A stretch of DNA of 64,000 nt. It comes from Neisseria sp. (GTDB lineage: Bacteria; Pseudomonadota; Gammaproteobacteria; Burkholderiales; Neisseriaceae). Numbering within the stretch: position 1 is the first letter of the stretch; each line of letters begins with the position of its first letter. The stretch is from assembly GCA_041855125.1 (NCBI GenBank), contig JBHADP010000034.1:8724-72723 (forward strand), written 5' to 3'. Made by a program: the position numbers and the translations under genes. Under the pieces are notes generated by a model, which searched no databases, was not told the origin of the DNA, and was given only the letters and a program-made list of their open reading frames with translations. This document shows, piece after piece, positions 1 through 10,221 of the stretch.

Positions 1-173
1 GGAAACGTTGTCAAAAATGCGTTTGCCTAATTCGTTGGGCAAGGGGGCAAATTTCATGGCAGGGGCTTCTTTGCCCAGTTTCACACAATGCACCATACGG
101 GTCATGGCGAGTTCCTTTTTTGATGTGTTACAAAGTTGGCATTCTAATATAGATGCGGCAGACTGGGTATCTT

Positions 174-1019
174 TTAGTTTAGCCATGCTTTGATTTTGGC
201 TAATAGGGAGGCATTGGGGCTTTCGGGTTCGAGTGGGGTGGGTTCTGGCTCGGCAGGCACAGGTGCAGGCGGTGTTTCGCGATGCACAGGCAAGGCACCA
301 AAAGACTGCGCCACAGGCATGATTTCGATGCTGTTCACATTCATGTGGGCAGGGCGTTGGTATAACCACAAGGCGGTATCGGCAATATCTTGGGGTTCAA
401 TATAGCCTACGTTTTCGTATAACTTGCTGGCGCGTTCATCATCGCCTTTAAAGCGAATATTGGAAAACTCGGTGCCACCGCATAACCCTGGTTCAATATT
501 GCTGACGCGCACACCTGTGCCGTGTAAATCGGCGCGTAGATTAAGCGAGAATTGGCGTACATAGGCTTTGGTTGCACCATAAACATTGCCACCAGGGTAG
601 GGATAAGTGCCTGCGATGGAGCCAATATTGATGATATAGCCTCTGTTGCGCTCAACCATTTGTGGTAACACTTGGCGGGTGAGATAGCTTAAACCAATGA
701 TGTTGGTTTGAATCATGGTGTACCAATCGTTGAAATCGGCTTGTGGCGCGGCATCTAAGCCCAATGCCAAACCGCCATTGTTGATTAAACAATCAATTTC
801 TGCAAACTCGGCAGGCAGGCTTTGTAAAGCAGCATCAATAGAAGCGGTATCGGTTAAGTCCATTTGTAATGGGTAAAAACGCTCACCCAATTCGGTTTGC
901 ATCTCTTGTAAACGCTCTAAACGTCGCGCTGCGCCAATTACTTGATAGCCTGCTTGAATAAAGCTCTTGCACATGGCTTGTCCGAAGCCTGCTGATGCAC
1001 CTGTAATAAAAATAGCCAT
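174..1019 (-). CDS. ydfG: SDR family NADP-dependent oxidoreductase (YdfG-like)
   Basis: ITGASAGFG Rossmann motif, LINNGG, YxxxK (YGATK); Pro-rich C-terminal extension. Confidence 0.85.
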   Translation of the reverse strand: MAIFITGASAGFGQAMCKSFIQAGYQVIGAARRLERLQEMQTELGERFYPLQMDLTDTASIDAALQSLPAEFAEIDCLINNGGLALGLDAAPQADFNDWYTMIQTNIIGLSYLTRQVLPQMVERNRGYIINIGSIAGTYPYPGGNVYGATKAYVRQFSLNLRADLHGTGVRVSNIEPGLCGGTEFSNIRFKGDDERASKLYENVGYIEPQDIADTALWLYQRPAHMNVNSIEIMPVAQSFGALPVHRETPPAPVPAEPEPTPLEPESPNASLLAKIKAWLN

Positions 1020-1040
1020 GAATATTCCTTTGGTTGGTAT

Positions 1041-1076
1041 GTTTCAACACACAGGGCAGCACATCAAGCGCAGCCC
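1041..1076 (-). repeat. Dispersed hairpin+TGTGTTGAAAC unit, copy A
   Basis: Minus strand reads GGGCTGC-GCTTGATGT-GCTGCCCTG-TGTGTTGAAAC; closely similar to copies at 21445 and 35006. Confidence 0.8.
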
Positions 1077-1180
1077 AAGAAATTGAAGTTAAGTGGTGTA
1101 CATAACTCTGCGAATAACAACATTTCTTAACAAACTTTCAGGTATCATACAACATCCATATAAAAAAAGACTATAGGAAC

Positions 1181-1648
1181 ATGATGATGAAGATAAAAAT
1201 GACTTTGGCATGTGTTGCCACTACTTTGGTTTTGGCGGCTTGTGGTGGTGGTTCTGCACCCGCAGCAAGCGATAAAGGTCAAATTTCTGAAAACCGCACC
1301 ACTGCATTTAAAGCCATGATGCCTGATTTTTCTAGCATGGGTAAAATGGTGAAGGGCGAAGAAACTTACGATGTGGAAAAGTTTAAAACCCATGCGGCGG
1401 CATTTGCGGAAAATGCTAAAAAACCATTTGAGTTTTTCCAGAATGACCCTCAAGGCAATGGTGATGCCCTGCCTAATATTTGGGAAAAACCAGCCGAATA
1501 TCAAGCAGAACAAGATAAATTCTTGGCGGCAGTTGCCAATTTAAATGCCAAAGCGCAAACGGGTAATTTGGAAGAAATTAAAGTGGCATACGGTGAAGTT
1601 GGCGCAAGCTGTAAAGCGTGCCATGATACTTATCGCCGTCCTAAATAA
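1181..1648 (+). CDS. cycP: Lipoprotein cytochrome c'
   Basis: Lipobox LAAC; C-terminal CKACH heme motif; class II cytochrome c pattern. Confidence 0.9.
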   Translation: MMMKIKMTLACVATTLVLAACGGGSAPAASDKGQISENRTTAFKAMMPDFSSMGKMVKGEETYDVEKFKTHAAAFAENAKKPFEFFQNDPQGNGDALPNIWEKPAEYQAEQDKFLAAVANLNAKAQTGNLEEIKVAYGEVGASCKACHDTYRRPK

Positions 1649-1680
1649 GCCATAATGTAAACGCCTTCATTTATTTGTTT

Positions 1681-1719
1681 AAAAGCTGAATATTTCTGAT
1701 GGGAAGTATTCAGCTTTTT
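1681..1719 (+). terminator. Intrinsic terminator after cycP
   Basis: AAAAGCTGAATA/TATTCAGCTTTT inverted repeat with T-run. Confidence 0.75.
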
Positions 1720-1916
1720 GTATGGGTGAGAAACAAAATCGGCGGTTTAGCCTGTTTGATTTTTTGTAATGTTAATTGATGTTATTAAAGATTTATACTT
1801 GTAAATTTTTGATACTGCTGGCATGATTCAGGCATAAGCATCATGTTTTGTGGCACAACAAATCATGATAACGGCAAATTTGTCGTGATTACAACAGAAA
1901 TATAGGAAATGAGAAC

Positions 1917-3272
1917 ATGACAAAAAATCATAAACATACACATGCCCAATGGGGTTCGCGTGTTGGTTTTATTTTGGCTGCGGTGGGTTCTGCCGTGGGT
2001 TTGGGTAATATTTGGAAATTCCCTTACATGTTGGGTAAAAGCGGTGGCTCCGCTTTTATGTTTACTTATTTGGCGTGTATTTTGCTGATTGGCTTGCCTA
2101 TTTTGGTGGCGGAATGGATGATTGGTCGCCGTGGTCAGCGCAACCCTGTGGATACCATGAAGATTGTGGCAGAGCAAAACGGTCGCAGTCAGGCTTGGTC
2201 GTGGGTGGGTATTTCAGGCACGCTAGGCGGTTATTTGATTTTGTCGTTTTATAGTGTGATTGGCGGTTGGGCGGTTAATTATATTTTTAAAGCAGGCTCA
2301 GGCGCGTTTGCGGGTTTAAATGGCGATCAAACAGGGGCGATTTTTACGAGTATGTTGGCTGAACCCAGCACGTTGTTACTATGGCATACGGTGTTTATGG
2401 GTTTAACCATAGCGATTGTTGCGGCTGGTGTGGCGGGCGGCTTGGAGCGCGCGTCTAAGATTATGATGCCTATGCTGGCTTTATTTTTGGGTATTTTGGT
2501 TGTTTATGGTATGAACACGGGGCATTTTGGTAAAGCAGTTAGCTTTTTGTTTAGCCCTGATTGGAGTGCCATTAATAAAGATGTGATTTTGGCGGCATTG
2601 GGTCATGCGTTCTTTACCTTATCATTGGGTATGGGCATTATGTTGGCTTATGGCTCTTATTTGGGCAAAGAGGTGAGCTTGATTCGCTCGGCTGCGATTG
2701 TGGTGGCATTGGATACCACAATGGCGGTATTGGCTGGTTTGGCGATTTTCCCGATTGTGTTTGCCAATGGTTTAGACCCTGCGGCAGGGCCTGGCTTGGT
2801 GTTTGTTACTTTACCGATTGCGTTTGGTAGCATGAGCGGTGGCACGATTTTAGGCTTGATTTTCTTCTTGTTATTGAGCTTTGCGGCTTTAACATCGTCT
2901 ATTTCTTTATTGGAATCTGCGGTGGAGTTTTTGGAAGAACGCACGCCGTTAGGTCGTGTGGGCAGTACTTTATTAGCAGGTGTGGTGGTATGGGCTTTGG
3001 GTATCGCTTCTGTGTTGTCGTTTAACTTGTGGAGCGAAGTGAAGTTCTTTGGTTTGAATATTTTTGATTTACTCGATACCTTTACCAGTAAATTTACATT
3101 ACCGCTCACAGGTTTGGCTGCCATTATTTTCTTGGGCTGGTTTATGAAGCAAGACAGTATTCGTGAAGAATTGAATATGGGCGAAGGTCGTTTCAAAATC
3201 TGGCAATTTATCTATCGTGTGGTTGCGCCTATTGGAGTGATTATTGTCTTTGTGGGTCAATTAATGGGTTAA
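1917..3272 (+). CDS. Sodium-dependent transporter, SNF/NSS family
   Basis: [24 protein letters not shown] signature; multiple TM helices. Confidence 0.92.
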   Translation: [451 protein letters not shown]

Positions 3273-3291
3273 TCCGATTGATGCGATGACG

Positions 3292-3317
3292 AAGCTGCCT
3301 AAATGATAGGCAGCTTT
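3292..3317 (+). terminator. Intrinsic terminator
   Basis: AAGCTGCCTA/TAGGCAGCTT inverted repeat. Confidence 0.65.
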
Positions 3318-3425
3318 GTGCATTTTAGGAGAAGATAGCGCAAATTATCGAAACTTGTACGGTGTTCAAACAAGTGTGCTATGATATTTTTTACTCTGCT
3401 TGACTGTTGAAACAGGAGTTTATTT

Positions 3426-3545
3426 ATGTGGCACAAAATGATTCGATTGGTGGCTTTAGCGGTGTTGGGAGCCAGCTTAAGTGCTTGTTATGTGATACAG
3501 CCGCAATCTGGCACCAATGTGGTGATACAAAATCCTGCACGTTAA
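3426..3545 (+). CDS. 39-aa putative lipoprotein (below ORF-track cutoff)
   Basis: AGGAG RBS; MWHKMIRLVALAVLGASLSAC-YVIQPQSGTNVVIQNPAR with LSAC lipobox. Confidence 0.65.
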   Translation: MWHKMIRLVALAVLGASLSACYVIQPQSGTNVVIQNPAR

Positions 3546-3566
3546 TGTCTATTTAAGAGGTTAAAA

Positions 3567-4007
3567 ATGAATAAACGTATGAATTCTTTATTGGCTTGTG
3601 TGGCTTTAGGTGTGGTATTAACAGGCTGTTATGTTGTGCCGATTCAAGATGGTTCGCGTGTGGTGCAAACCAGTAATCTACCCAGTAGTAGTTCAACAGC
3701 CGTGATGCCCAGTTCTACCTTAAATGCTAAATTGTATCCCACTAATGCAGAAGCGCAGCGTTATGGTACGGTTTTTGCCACGGTAAATATTAATCAAACA
3801 GGGCATGGAACATTTAGCGCCAATATTGGTGGTGAAAACTTTAATGGTGATGCCACACGCTATGCCAATTCGCGCAAAGGTAAGGCGAATGGTGCAGGAG
3901 TAGGCGGTCGTTATATTAGTTGTGATTATGAAATGAATACCCACCAACAAGGCATGGGACAATGCCGTATGTCAACAGGGGCAACGTTCTCTATGCACAT
4001 TAATTAA
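3567..4007 (+). CDS. Hypothetical lipoprotein
   Basis: Lipobox LTGC; Ser-rich linker; beta-rich domain with two further Cys; GAGG RBS. Confidence 0.75.
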   Translation: MNKRMNSLLACVALGVVLTGCYVVPIQDGSRVVQTSNLPSSSSTAVMPSSTLNAKLYPTNAEAQRYGTVFATVNINQTGHGTFSANIGGENFNGDATRYANSRKGKANGAGVGGRYISCDYEMNTHQQGMGQCRMSTGATFSMHIN

Positions 4008-4029
4008 TCCCGTTATTGGGTTGTCAATC

Positions 4030-4061
4030 GCATCTTGTGCTGGTCGCAAGATGCTTTTTTA
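4030..4061 (+). terminator. Intrinsic terminator
   Basis: GCATCTTG/CAAGATGC followed by T-run. Confidence 0.7.
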
Positions 4062-4118
4062 TTTTCTTGTGCAAACTTCTACACCATCAGTTTAATGAAT
4101 ATTAGAGTTTATTGATGA

Positions 4119-4258
4119 TTGACCAGCGAAACGGTTTTTTGAGGCAAAAACCGCGTATGCAAGGCAAAAAGCGCAGCAAGGTTGAACACCTTGCGAGCAT
4201 TTTTAACGCCACAAACGGAGGTTTTGAACAAAAATACCGCCATTGCGTTAATGGTCAA
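4119..4258. repeat. 140-bp imperfect palindrome (MITE/ERIC/Correia-like)
   Basis: Terminal TTGACCA/TGGTCAA; nested arms around central GCAAGG-TTGAACA-CCTTGC hairpin; GCAAGGC...AACGCC internal motif. Confidence 0.6.
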
Positions 4259-4311
4259 CAAACCCTAGAATACTCACCTTTATTTTTAAAAAAAGATTAA
4301 GGACTATAACC

Positions 4312-6171
4312 ATGCCAGCCTATCGTTCTAAAACCTCTACTCATGGTCGCAATATGGCAGGAGCGCGTGCGTTGTGGCGCGCTACGGGTGTAACTGATGA
4401 AGATTTTGGTAAGCCCATTATTGCCATTGCCAACTCGTTTACACAATTTGTACCTGGGCATGTGCATTTGCATAATATGGGACAACTGGTTGCACGTGAA
4501 ATTGAAAAAGCAGGTGGTTTAGCCAAAGAGTTCAACACCATTGCTGTAGATGATGGTATTGCGATGGGGCATAGTGGGATGTTGTATAGCTTGCCTAGCC
4601 GTGATTTGATTGCCGATAGTGTGGAATATATGGTCAATGCCCACTGTGCGGATGCGTTGGTGTGCATTTCTAACTGCGACAAAATTACACCGGGGATGTT
4701 GATGGCAGCCATGCGCTTGAATATTCCTACTGTGTTTGTGTCGGGCGGACCAATGGAAGCGGGTAAAGTGATTGGGATTGCCAATATTCAAGATGAACGT
4801 AAATTGGATTTGGTCGATGCGATGGTGGATGCGGCTAATGACCAAGTTTCTGATGAAGAAGTGGCGGCAGTAGAACGTTCGGCTTGTCCTACTTGTGGTT
4901 CTTGTTCGGGTATGTTTACGGCAAACTCAATGAACTGTTTAACTGAAGCCTTGGGATTATCTTTACCGGGTAATGGCTCATTATTGGCAACCCATGCAGG
5001 GCGGAAAGAACTGTTTTTAGAGGCAGGACGTTTGATTGTAGAAATCACCAAGCGTTATTATGAGCAAGACGATGAGAGCGTATTGCCACGCAGTATTGCC
5101 ACCAAAGCCGCGTTTGAAAATGCCATGAGCTTAGATGTGGCAATGGGGGGGTCAACCAATACTGTTTTGCATTTATTAGCGGCTGCCAGCGAAGCAGCAG
5201 TGGATTTTAAAATGGCAGATATTGACCGCATCAGCCGTCAAGTACCTTGCTTGTGCAAAGTTGCCCCTGCCACGCAAAAATACCATATGGAAGATGTACA
5301 TCGTGCAGGTGGCGTGATGGGTATTTTAGCCGAACTGAATCGCGCAGGCTGCTTGCAAACCGATGTTGCCACCGTTCATGCACCCACTTTAAAAGATGCC
5401 CTTGCACAATGGGACGTGATGAATCCTGCCAATGAAACCGCGCACGCCCGTTATAAAGCCGCACCCGCAGGCATACGCACCACCGAAGCCTTTTCGCAAA
5501 ACCGTGAATGGAAAACACTCGACCTTGACCGCGAAAACGGCTGTATCCGCAGTAAAGAACACGCTTATTCACAAGATGGCGGTTTGGCGGTGTTGTTTGG
5601 CAATATTGCTGAACGTGGTTGCGTGGTGAAAACCGCAGGGGTTGATGACAGCATCTTGAAGTTTACAGGACGCGCGCGCGTGTTTGAAAGCCAAGATTCG
5701 GCTGTGGCAGGCATTTTGGCAAACCAAATTGTAGCAGGCGATATTGTGATTATTCGCTACGAAGGACCCAAAGGTGGGCCGGGGATGCAAGAAATGCTGT
5801 ATCCCACTTCTTACCTGAAATCCAAAGGTTTAGGTAAAGCCTGTGCCTTGCTGACCGATGGACGTTTTTCAGGCGGAACATCAGGTTTGAGCATTGGACA
5901 CGTTTCACCTGAAGCAGCAGAAGGTGGTGCGATTGGCTTGGTGCAAGAAGGTGATACCATTGAAATTGATATTCCCAACCGCAGCATTCGTTTAGCCATC
6001 ACCGATGAAGAATTAGCCAATCGCCGTGCTGCGATGGAAGCGCGTGGCGCACAAGCATGGAAGCCCGAAAACCGCGACCGCCATGTTTCCGCCGCTCTGC
6101 GTGCTTATGCCGCCATGACCACTTCGGCAGACACAGGCGCAGTGCGCGATGTGAGCCAAGTGGAGCGTTAA
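4312..6171 (+). CDS. ilvD: Dihydroxy-acid dehydratase
   Basis: [52 protein letters not shown]. Confidence 0.97.
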   Translation: MPAYRSKTSTHGRNMAGARALWRATGVTDEDFGKPIIAIANSFTQFVPGHVHLHNMGQLVAREIEKAGGLAKEFNTIAVDDGIAMGHSGMLYSLPSRDLIADSVEYMVNAHCADALVCISNCDKITPGMLMAAMRLNIPTVFVSGGPMEAGKVIGIANIQDERKLDLVDAMVDAANDQVSDEEVAAVERSACPTCGSCSGMFTANSMNCLTEALGLSLPGNGSLLATHAGRKELFLEAGRLIVEITKRYYEQDDESVLPRSIATKAAFENAMSLDVAMGGSTNTVLHLLAAASEAAVDFKMADIDRISRQVPCLCKVAPATQKYHMEDVHRAGGVMGILAELNRAGCLQTDVATVHAPTLKDALAQWDVMNPANETAHARYKAAPAGIRTTEAFSQNREWKTLDLDRENGCIRSKEHAYSQDGGLAVLFGNIAERGCVVKTAGVDDSILKFTGRARVFESQDSAVAGILANQIVAGDIVIIRYEGPKGGPGMQEMLYPTSYLKSKGLGKACALLTDGRFSGGTSGLSIGHVSPEAAEGGAIGLVQEGDTIEIDIPNRSIRLAITDEELANRRAAMEARGAQAWKPENRDRHVSAALRAYAAMTTSADTGAVRDVSQVER

Positions 6172-6186
6172 GCACATTTTGACACA

Positions 6187-6232
6187 AACAGGCAATTTGA
6201 AAGCCGATTGATGTGTTTTCAAATTGCCTGTT
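6187..6232. terminator. 16-bp perfect inverted repeat after ilvD
   Basis: AACAGGCAATTTGAAA/TTTCAAATTGCCTGTT with 14-nt loop. Confidence 0.6.
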
Positions 6233-6407
6233 GCGATTTCAAAATACAATTTTTGATTATTCAGCTTTATGGCTAGCCGACAAACATATCGGGTTGAAGT
6301 ATCTAACTGATGTTTAAAAAACATGATTGCAAGCCCAATAGCCTGATTCAAATATAATCAAGCCGCTTCGTCTAACTCCACGAAGCGGCTTATTGTTAAT
6401 GGGCGGG

Positions 6408-7475
6408 TTAATGTTGGCAGCCACCGCCACAAGTGTGGGCGTGGGTTGAGTGTTCTACCACGGCTTCAGGGGTTTCTGCTTGATATTGCAAGGGATACAA
6501 ATCCAGTTTATCCATTAATAAACGGTCGCCATCTTCTTCGGGGTTTTCGGTGGTGAGCAGTTTATCGCCATAGAAAATAGAGTTTGCCCCTGCTAAGAAA
6601 CACATGGCTTGCATGGCTTCGGGCATGGCGGTTCGCCCTGCGCTCAAACGTACATAGCTTTTGGGCATGGTAATACGGGCAACAGCAATGGTGCGTACAA
6701 ACTCTGTCCAATCCAAATCTTCAGCATCAGCTAAGGGCGTGCCTTCCACTTTAACTAATTGATTAATCGGCACGCTTTCGGGCTGGGGGTCAAGATTGGC
6801 AAGGCTGGCGATTAAACCTGCACGTTCTGGGCGCGTTTCATTCATGCCCACAATGCCTCCACAACACACTTTTAAACCTGCACCGCGCACTTTGCCTAAA
6901 GTATCCATACGGTCTTCATGTTGGCGGGTGTGAATAATATCGTTATAACGCTCGGGGTCGGTGTCTAAATTATGATTATAGTAATCCAAACCTGCTTGTT
7001 TTAAATCTTCTGCCATGCCGTCTTCAAGCATACCAAACGTGCCACAAGTTTCTAAGCCCAAACCTTTGACTGCTTTAATAATTTCCGACACGGTTTGCAC
7101 ATCGTTGGGCTTAGGTCCGCGCCATGCCGCACCCATACAAAAGCGACTGGCACCGCGTGATTTGGCAATTTTGGCTTTTTCAACAATTTCTGCCACATCC
7201 ATCATGCGGGCTTTTTCTAAGCCTGTGTTGTAGTGCGCCGATTGCGGACAATATTCGCAATCTTCAGGACAACCGCCTGTTTTAATGGATAACAAGGTGG
7301 AAAGCTGAATTTCACGCGGATTAAAATGTTGCCGATGAACTTCGGCAGCACGGTAAACCAAGTCTAAAAACGGCAAGGCGAATAATTCTTCCACTTGGCA
7401 TTTGCGCCAATATTCAGCAGTTTGATGGGGCTTACGCTCGCTTTGGCGGCGTAAAGCAATAGGGGAGACAGTCAT
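6408..7475 (-). CDS. bioB: Biotin synthase
   Basis: Radical SAM CxxxCxxC (CPEDCEYC), YNHNLDT, SVPINQL. Confidence 0.97.
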   Translation of the reverse strand: MTVSPIALRRQSERKPHQTAEYWRKCQVEELFALPFLDLVYRAAEVHRQHFNPREIQLSTLLSIKTGGCPEDCEYCPQSAHYNTGLEKARMMDVAEIVEKAKIAKSRGASRFCMGAAWRGPKPNDVQTVSEIIKAVKGLGLETCGTFGMLEDGMAEDLKQAGLDYYNHNLDTDPERYNDIIHTRQHEDRMDTLGKVRGAGLKVCCGGIVGMNETRPERAGLIASLANLDPQPESVPINQLVKVEGTPLADAEDLDWTEFVRTIAVARITMPKSYVRLSAGRTAMPEAMQAMCFLAGANSIFYGDKLLTTENPEEDGDRLLMDKLDLYPLQYQAETPEAVVEHSTHAHTCGGGCQH

Positions 7476-7661
7476 AATGATTTCCTAAAAAATTTGCAAT
7501 GGCGCAATGACATTGACAGGTTTGCTTGATGCGTAATGAATCAGGCAACACGGGAAAAAGCAGTGTAGCGTGTTTGTTTATTTCTATCAAACTTTGTGCG
7601 TAGGAGGTATGCTAAGATATGATAAATAGATGGTTTATCATTGATAATGAAAGGGTAAGTG

Positions 7662-8018
7662 ATGAAAGCATGGCAAATGGGTTTGAGCAGTGTGGTGTTG
7701 TGTTGCGGTTTGACTGCGCCTGCGTGGGCGGATGCTGATAGTGTGCCGTGTAGAGTTACCGACCCCACAGGTACACCTTTAAATGTGCGTGAAACGCCCA
7801 ATGGTGTGAAAATTGGCACGTTGCGTAATGGTACCAAAGTAACGCTTTTTGAAGATGGCTCGGACAGTCAAGGGCGTGCTTGGGGCTTGGTTACTTGGGA
7901 CGGCAATCAGTTAAAAAATACGCGCGCTAAGAATAAAGCAGCCTCTGAAGGTTGGGTGCTTCGTGAATACATCAGTTGCAGGGTTGAGTTTCTCGGTCCA
8001 TCAGGCTCAAAGCAATAA
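7662..8018 (+). CDS. Secreted SH3b-like domain protein, paralog 1
   Basis: Signal peptide (AWA-D); C-x-VTDPTGTPLNVR...GTLRNGT...GWVLREYISC. Confidence 0.75.
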   Translation: MKAWQMGLSSVVLCCGLTAPAWADADSVPCRVTDPTGTPLNVRETPNGVKIGTLRNGTKVTLFEDGSDSQGRAWGLVTWDGNQLKNTRAKNKAASEGWVLREYISCRVEFLGPSGSKQ

Positions 8019-8064
8019 GTGTGGATAGCTTGATTGATGTTGATAAGGAATGAAAGGATACGCA

Positions 8065-8388
8065 ATGAAAGCATGGCAAATGGGTTTGGGCAGCGTGGTG
8101 TTATGCTGTGGTTTGGCTGCGCCTGCATGGGCAGGTGATCGTCATGGTTGGTCGTGCAAAGTTACCGACCCCACAGGTACGCCCTTAAATGTGCGTGATA
8201 CACCCAATGGTAAGAAAGTGGGCACGTTGCGTAATGGTACAAAAGTAATCATGACGGGGGACAGTACGGACAGTAAAGGACGTTCTTGGGCTTTGGTTTA
8301 CTGGAAAGGTGGGCAACGGCTCAAAGGGTCTTCGGGCGCAGATAATGAAGGCTGGGTGATTCGTGAATACATCAGTTGTTTGAAATGA
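8065..8388 (+). CDS. Secreted SH3b-like domain protein, paralog 2
   Basis: Same signal peptide and motif blocks as paralog 1; start moved to the ATG after GAAAGGA RBS. Confidence 0.75.
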   Translation: MKAWQMGLGSVVLCCGLAAPAWAGDRHGWSCKVTDPTGTPLNVRDTPNGKKVGTLRNGTKVIMTGDSTDSKGRSWALVYWKGGQRLKGSSGADNEGWVIREYISCLK

Positions 8389-8396
8389 AAGGATTA

Positions 8397-8723
8397 ATGA
8401 TGAAAAGATGGCAAAAGGGTTTGGGCAGTGTGTTGTTGTGCTGTGGCTTGGCTGTGCCTGCATGGGCAAGCAATGCGGCGGTGATGTGTAAGGTAACGGA
8501 CCCCACAGGCACGCCCTTAAATGTGCGTGAAACGCCCAACGGTAGGAAAATTGGTACGCTACGCAATGGTACGCAAGTGGAATTTATGGGTGAAGATGTG
8601 GACAGTAAAGGGCGTACTTGGGCATTGATTCAATTATATGGACCGCAGCGTTTAAAAGGCTATTCGGGCGAGGCAGCTTATGAAGGCTGGGTGATTCGTG
8701 AATACATCAGTTGTAAAGTTTGA
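8397..8723 (+). CDS. Secreted SH3b-like domain protein, paralog 3
   Basis: Same motif blocks; start 9 nt after stop of paralog 2. Confidence 0.75.
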   Translation: MMKRWQKGLGSVLLCCGLAVPAWASNAAVMCKVTDPTGTPLNVRETPNGRKIGTLRNGTQVEFMGEDVDSKGRTWALIQLYGPQRLKGYSGEAAYEGWVIREYISCKV

Positions 8724-8735
8724 TGATGAGCAGTG

Positions 8736-8769
8736 AAAAACAGGTGGTATGAAAAACCGCCTGTTTTTT
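8736..8769. terminator. Bidirectional terminator
   Basis: AAAAACAGGTGG/CCGCCTGTTTTT between convergent genes. Confidence 0.7.
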
Positions 8770-8771
8770 AT

Positions 8772-9671
8772 TTACCATTCAGCCAGTAGGGCGCGATGGT
8801 CGGAATATTGGAATGGTAGGACATGGGTTTGTACGGTTAGGTTTTTGCTGAGAATGTGGTCGATATACAGCAAAAAGGGTCGCCATGTAGCTTGGAGGGC
8901 GTGAGTGGTGGCTTGGAGTTGGCTCTGTTGGGTGAAGGTGCGAAAGAGTGGGGAAAATGGGCTGTTATTGAGGTCGCCTACCACTAAGACCTGTTGGCTG
9001 GCTTGGATGAGGGGAATGAGTTGGCTGAAATAGTCGTGCCGTGCTTGGGCGAGTGTGGCGTTAATGGGCGGAGGTGGATGGAGGGCGAATAGGGTGGTGT
9101 TGCCATATTGGGCGTGAATATAGGCAAATTCACCAATAAAGTGGACTTCACAGGCAGCTAAAGGCTGTTTACTGAATACAGCAAGGGCAAATGGGCTGTA
9201 TTCTTGGTGGGCGCAACCATGTGGATAATGTTGTAAAAGGGCTTGCCAAGCAGGGTTGTGAAAGTTGATTTCGGCTAAGGCAATGACATCAGCTTGTTGT
9301 TGGAGGATAAAACGGCTTTCTTGGCTGGCATCGGGGTTATCTAAATGGACGTTGTACCATAATAGGCGATGCTGTGTGGGTGTGGAAAGGGTGGGAAAAA
9401 CGTTGGTGTTGAGCAAACTGATGGCGTATAAGAGGGCTAAAGTTGCCCATAATATCCGCACACGATGGATACATAAGAGGGCAGCTAAAATGAAGATGAG
9501 GGTGTAGTGGGGTAAAAAGTGGCTGAATAATTCTGCTATCCAATGCCAGTTGCCTAAGAGTTGCCCTGTGATGAGAGCGAATAAGGATAAACAGGCGAGA
9601 ATGTTGAAACGGCGATGTAAAAACATGCGCCAACGGGGTGGAGAAGAAGACGGCAAAATCATGGTATTCAT
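8772..9671 (-). CDS. Membrane-anchored endonuclease/exonuclease/phosphatase family protein
   Basis: N-terminal TM helices; YNV, LAE, GDLN, IDHIL, SDHR EEP motifs. Confidence 0.85.
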   Translation of the reverse strand: MNTMILPSSSPPRWRMFLHRRFNILACLSLFALITGQLLGNWHWIAELFSHFLPHYTLIFILAALLCIHRVRILWATLALLYAISLLNTNVFPTLSTPTQHRLLWYNVHLDNPDASQESRFILQQQADVIALAEINFHNPAWQALLQHYPHGCAHQEYSPFALAVFSKQPLAACEVHFIGEFAYIHAQYGNTTLFALHPPPPINATLAQARHDYFSQLIPLIQASQQVLVVGDLNNSPFSPLFRTFTQQSQLQATTHALQATWRPFLLYIDHILSKNLTVQTHVLPFQYSDHRALLAEW

Positions 9672-9729
9672 TCGTTAAAAAGCCACGCTGTGATGATAAC
9701 AACAGCGTGGCAGGCATGAAAAGATGGGT

Positions 9730-10101
9730 TTAACGTGGGGTACAGTTTTTAAACACCAGCTCATCTTTGGGTGAGGTAACTAAGATGGATAATTTGCGGT
9801 AATTTTTTTTGTCCATATAGTCGGTGCCCAAACGGTAGTTGTTCTCGCTACCAAAGTAAGTGCCAACATTGTCGGAGCGGTCTAAGTTAATGGGCATGGT
9901 GCGTTTTTTGCCATGGATGGTGGCAGCAGCATAAGTAGGTAAGTTTTGTTTGTTAAAACCGTAGGTAACGGTTACTTTTTTGCCACTTTGGCAAGTATAG
10001 GCTACTTTAGCAGTTGAAACAGTAGGGTTAGAGATTTGGGCATAGGCACTGCTGGTGATGGTAGCCAGTGCAGCAAATAAAGTAAGAGATAAGGCTTTCA
10101 T
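9730..10101 (-). CDS. Adhesin complex protein ACP (lysozyme inhibitor)
   Basis: Signal peptide; YTCQSGKKVTVTYGFNKQ...MPINLDRSDN...FKNCTP resembles Neisseria ACP as recalled. Confidence 0.85.
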   Translation of the reverse strand: MKALSLTLFAALATITSSAYAQISNPTVSTAKVAYTCQSGKKVTVTYGFNKQNLPTYAAATIHGKKRTMPINLDRSDNVGTYFGSENNYRLGTDYMDKKNYRKLSILVTSPKDELVFKNCTPR

Positions 10102-10221
10102 TTATTCACTTTCTTAATTTTGAAATAAAAATACATTAAGGTGAGGGTTCACCTACTTGCTATTATAGTTGTTTGAGTGGTTAGAAAATAGCAATTAAAG
10201 CGTGAAAATAAGCAAATATGG

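Noticed and set aside
2657-3196. Numerous long antisense/overlapping ORFs in the track (e.g. this one, 20985-21470, 34478-35053, 52338-53201)
   Set aside because: Shadows of real genes or RNAs on the other strand, with no RBS or motif support
4112-4300. ilvD leader peptide / attenuator
   Set aside because: ORF is not Ile/Leu/Val-rich and mostly overlaps the palindromic element
6013-6351. Minus-strand ORF after ilvD
   Set aside because: Overlaps ilvD antisense and the terminator; no recognisable family
7476-7658. BirA operator or Fur box between bioB and the SH3b array
   Set aside because: No TGTAAACC-N16-GGTTTACA pattern; only a weak TTATCA-T-TGATAA palindrome
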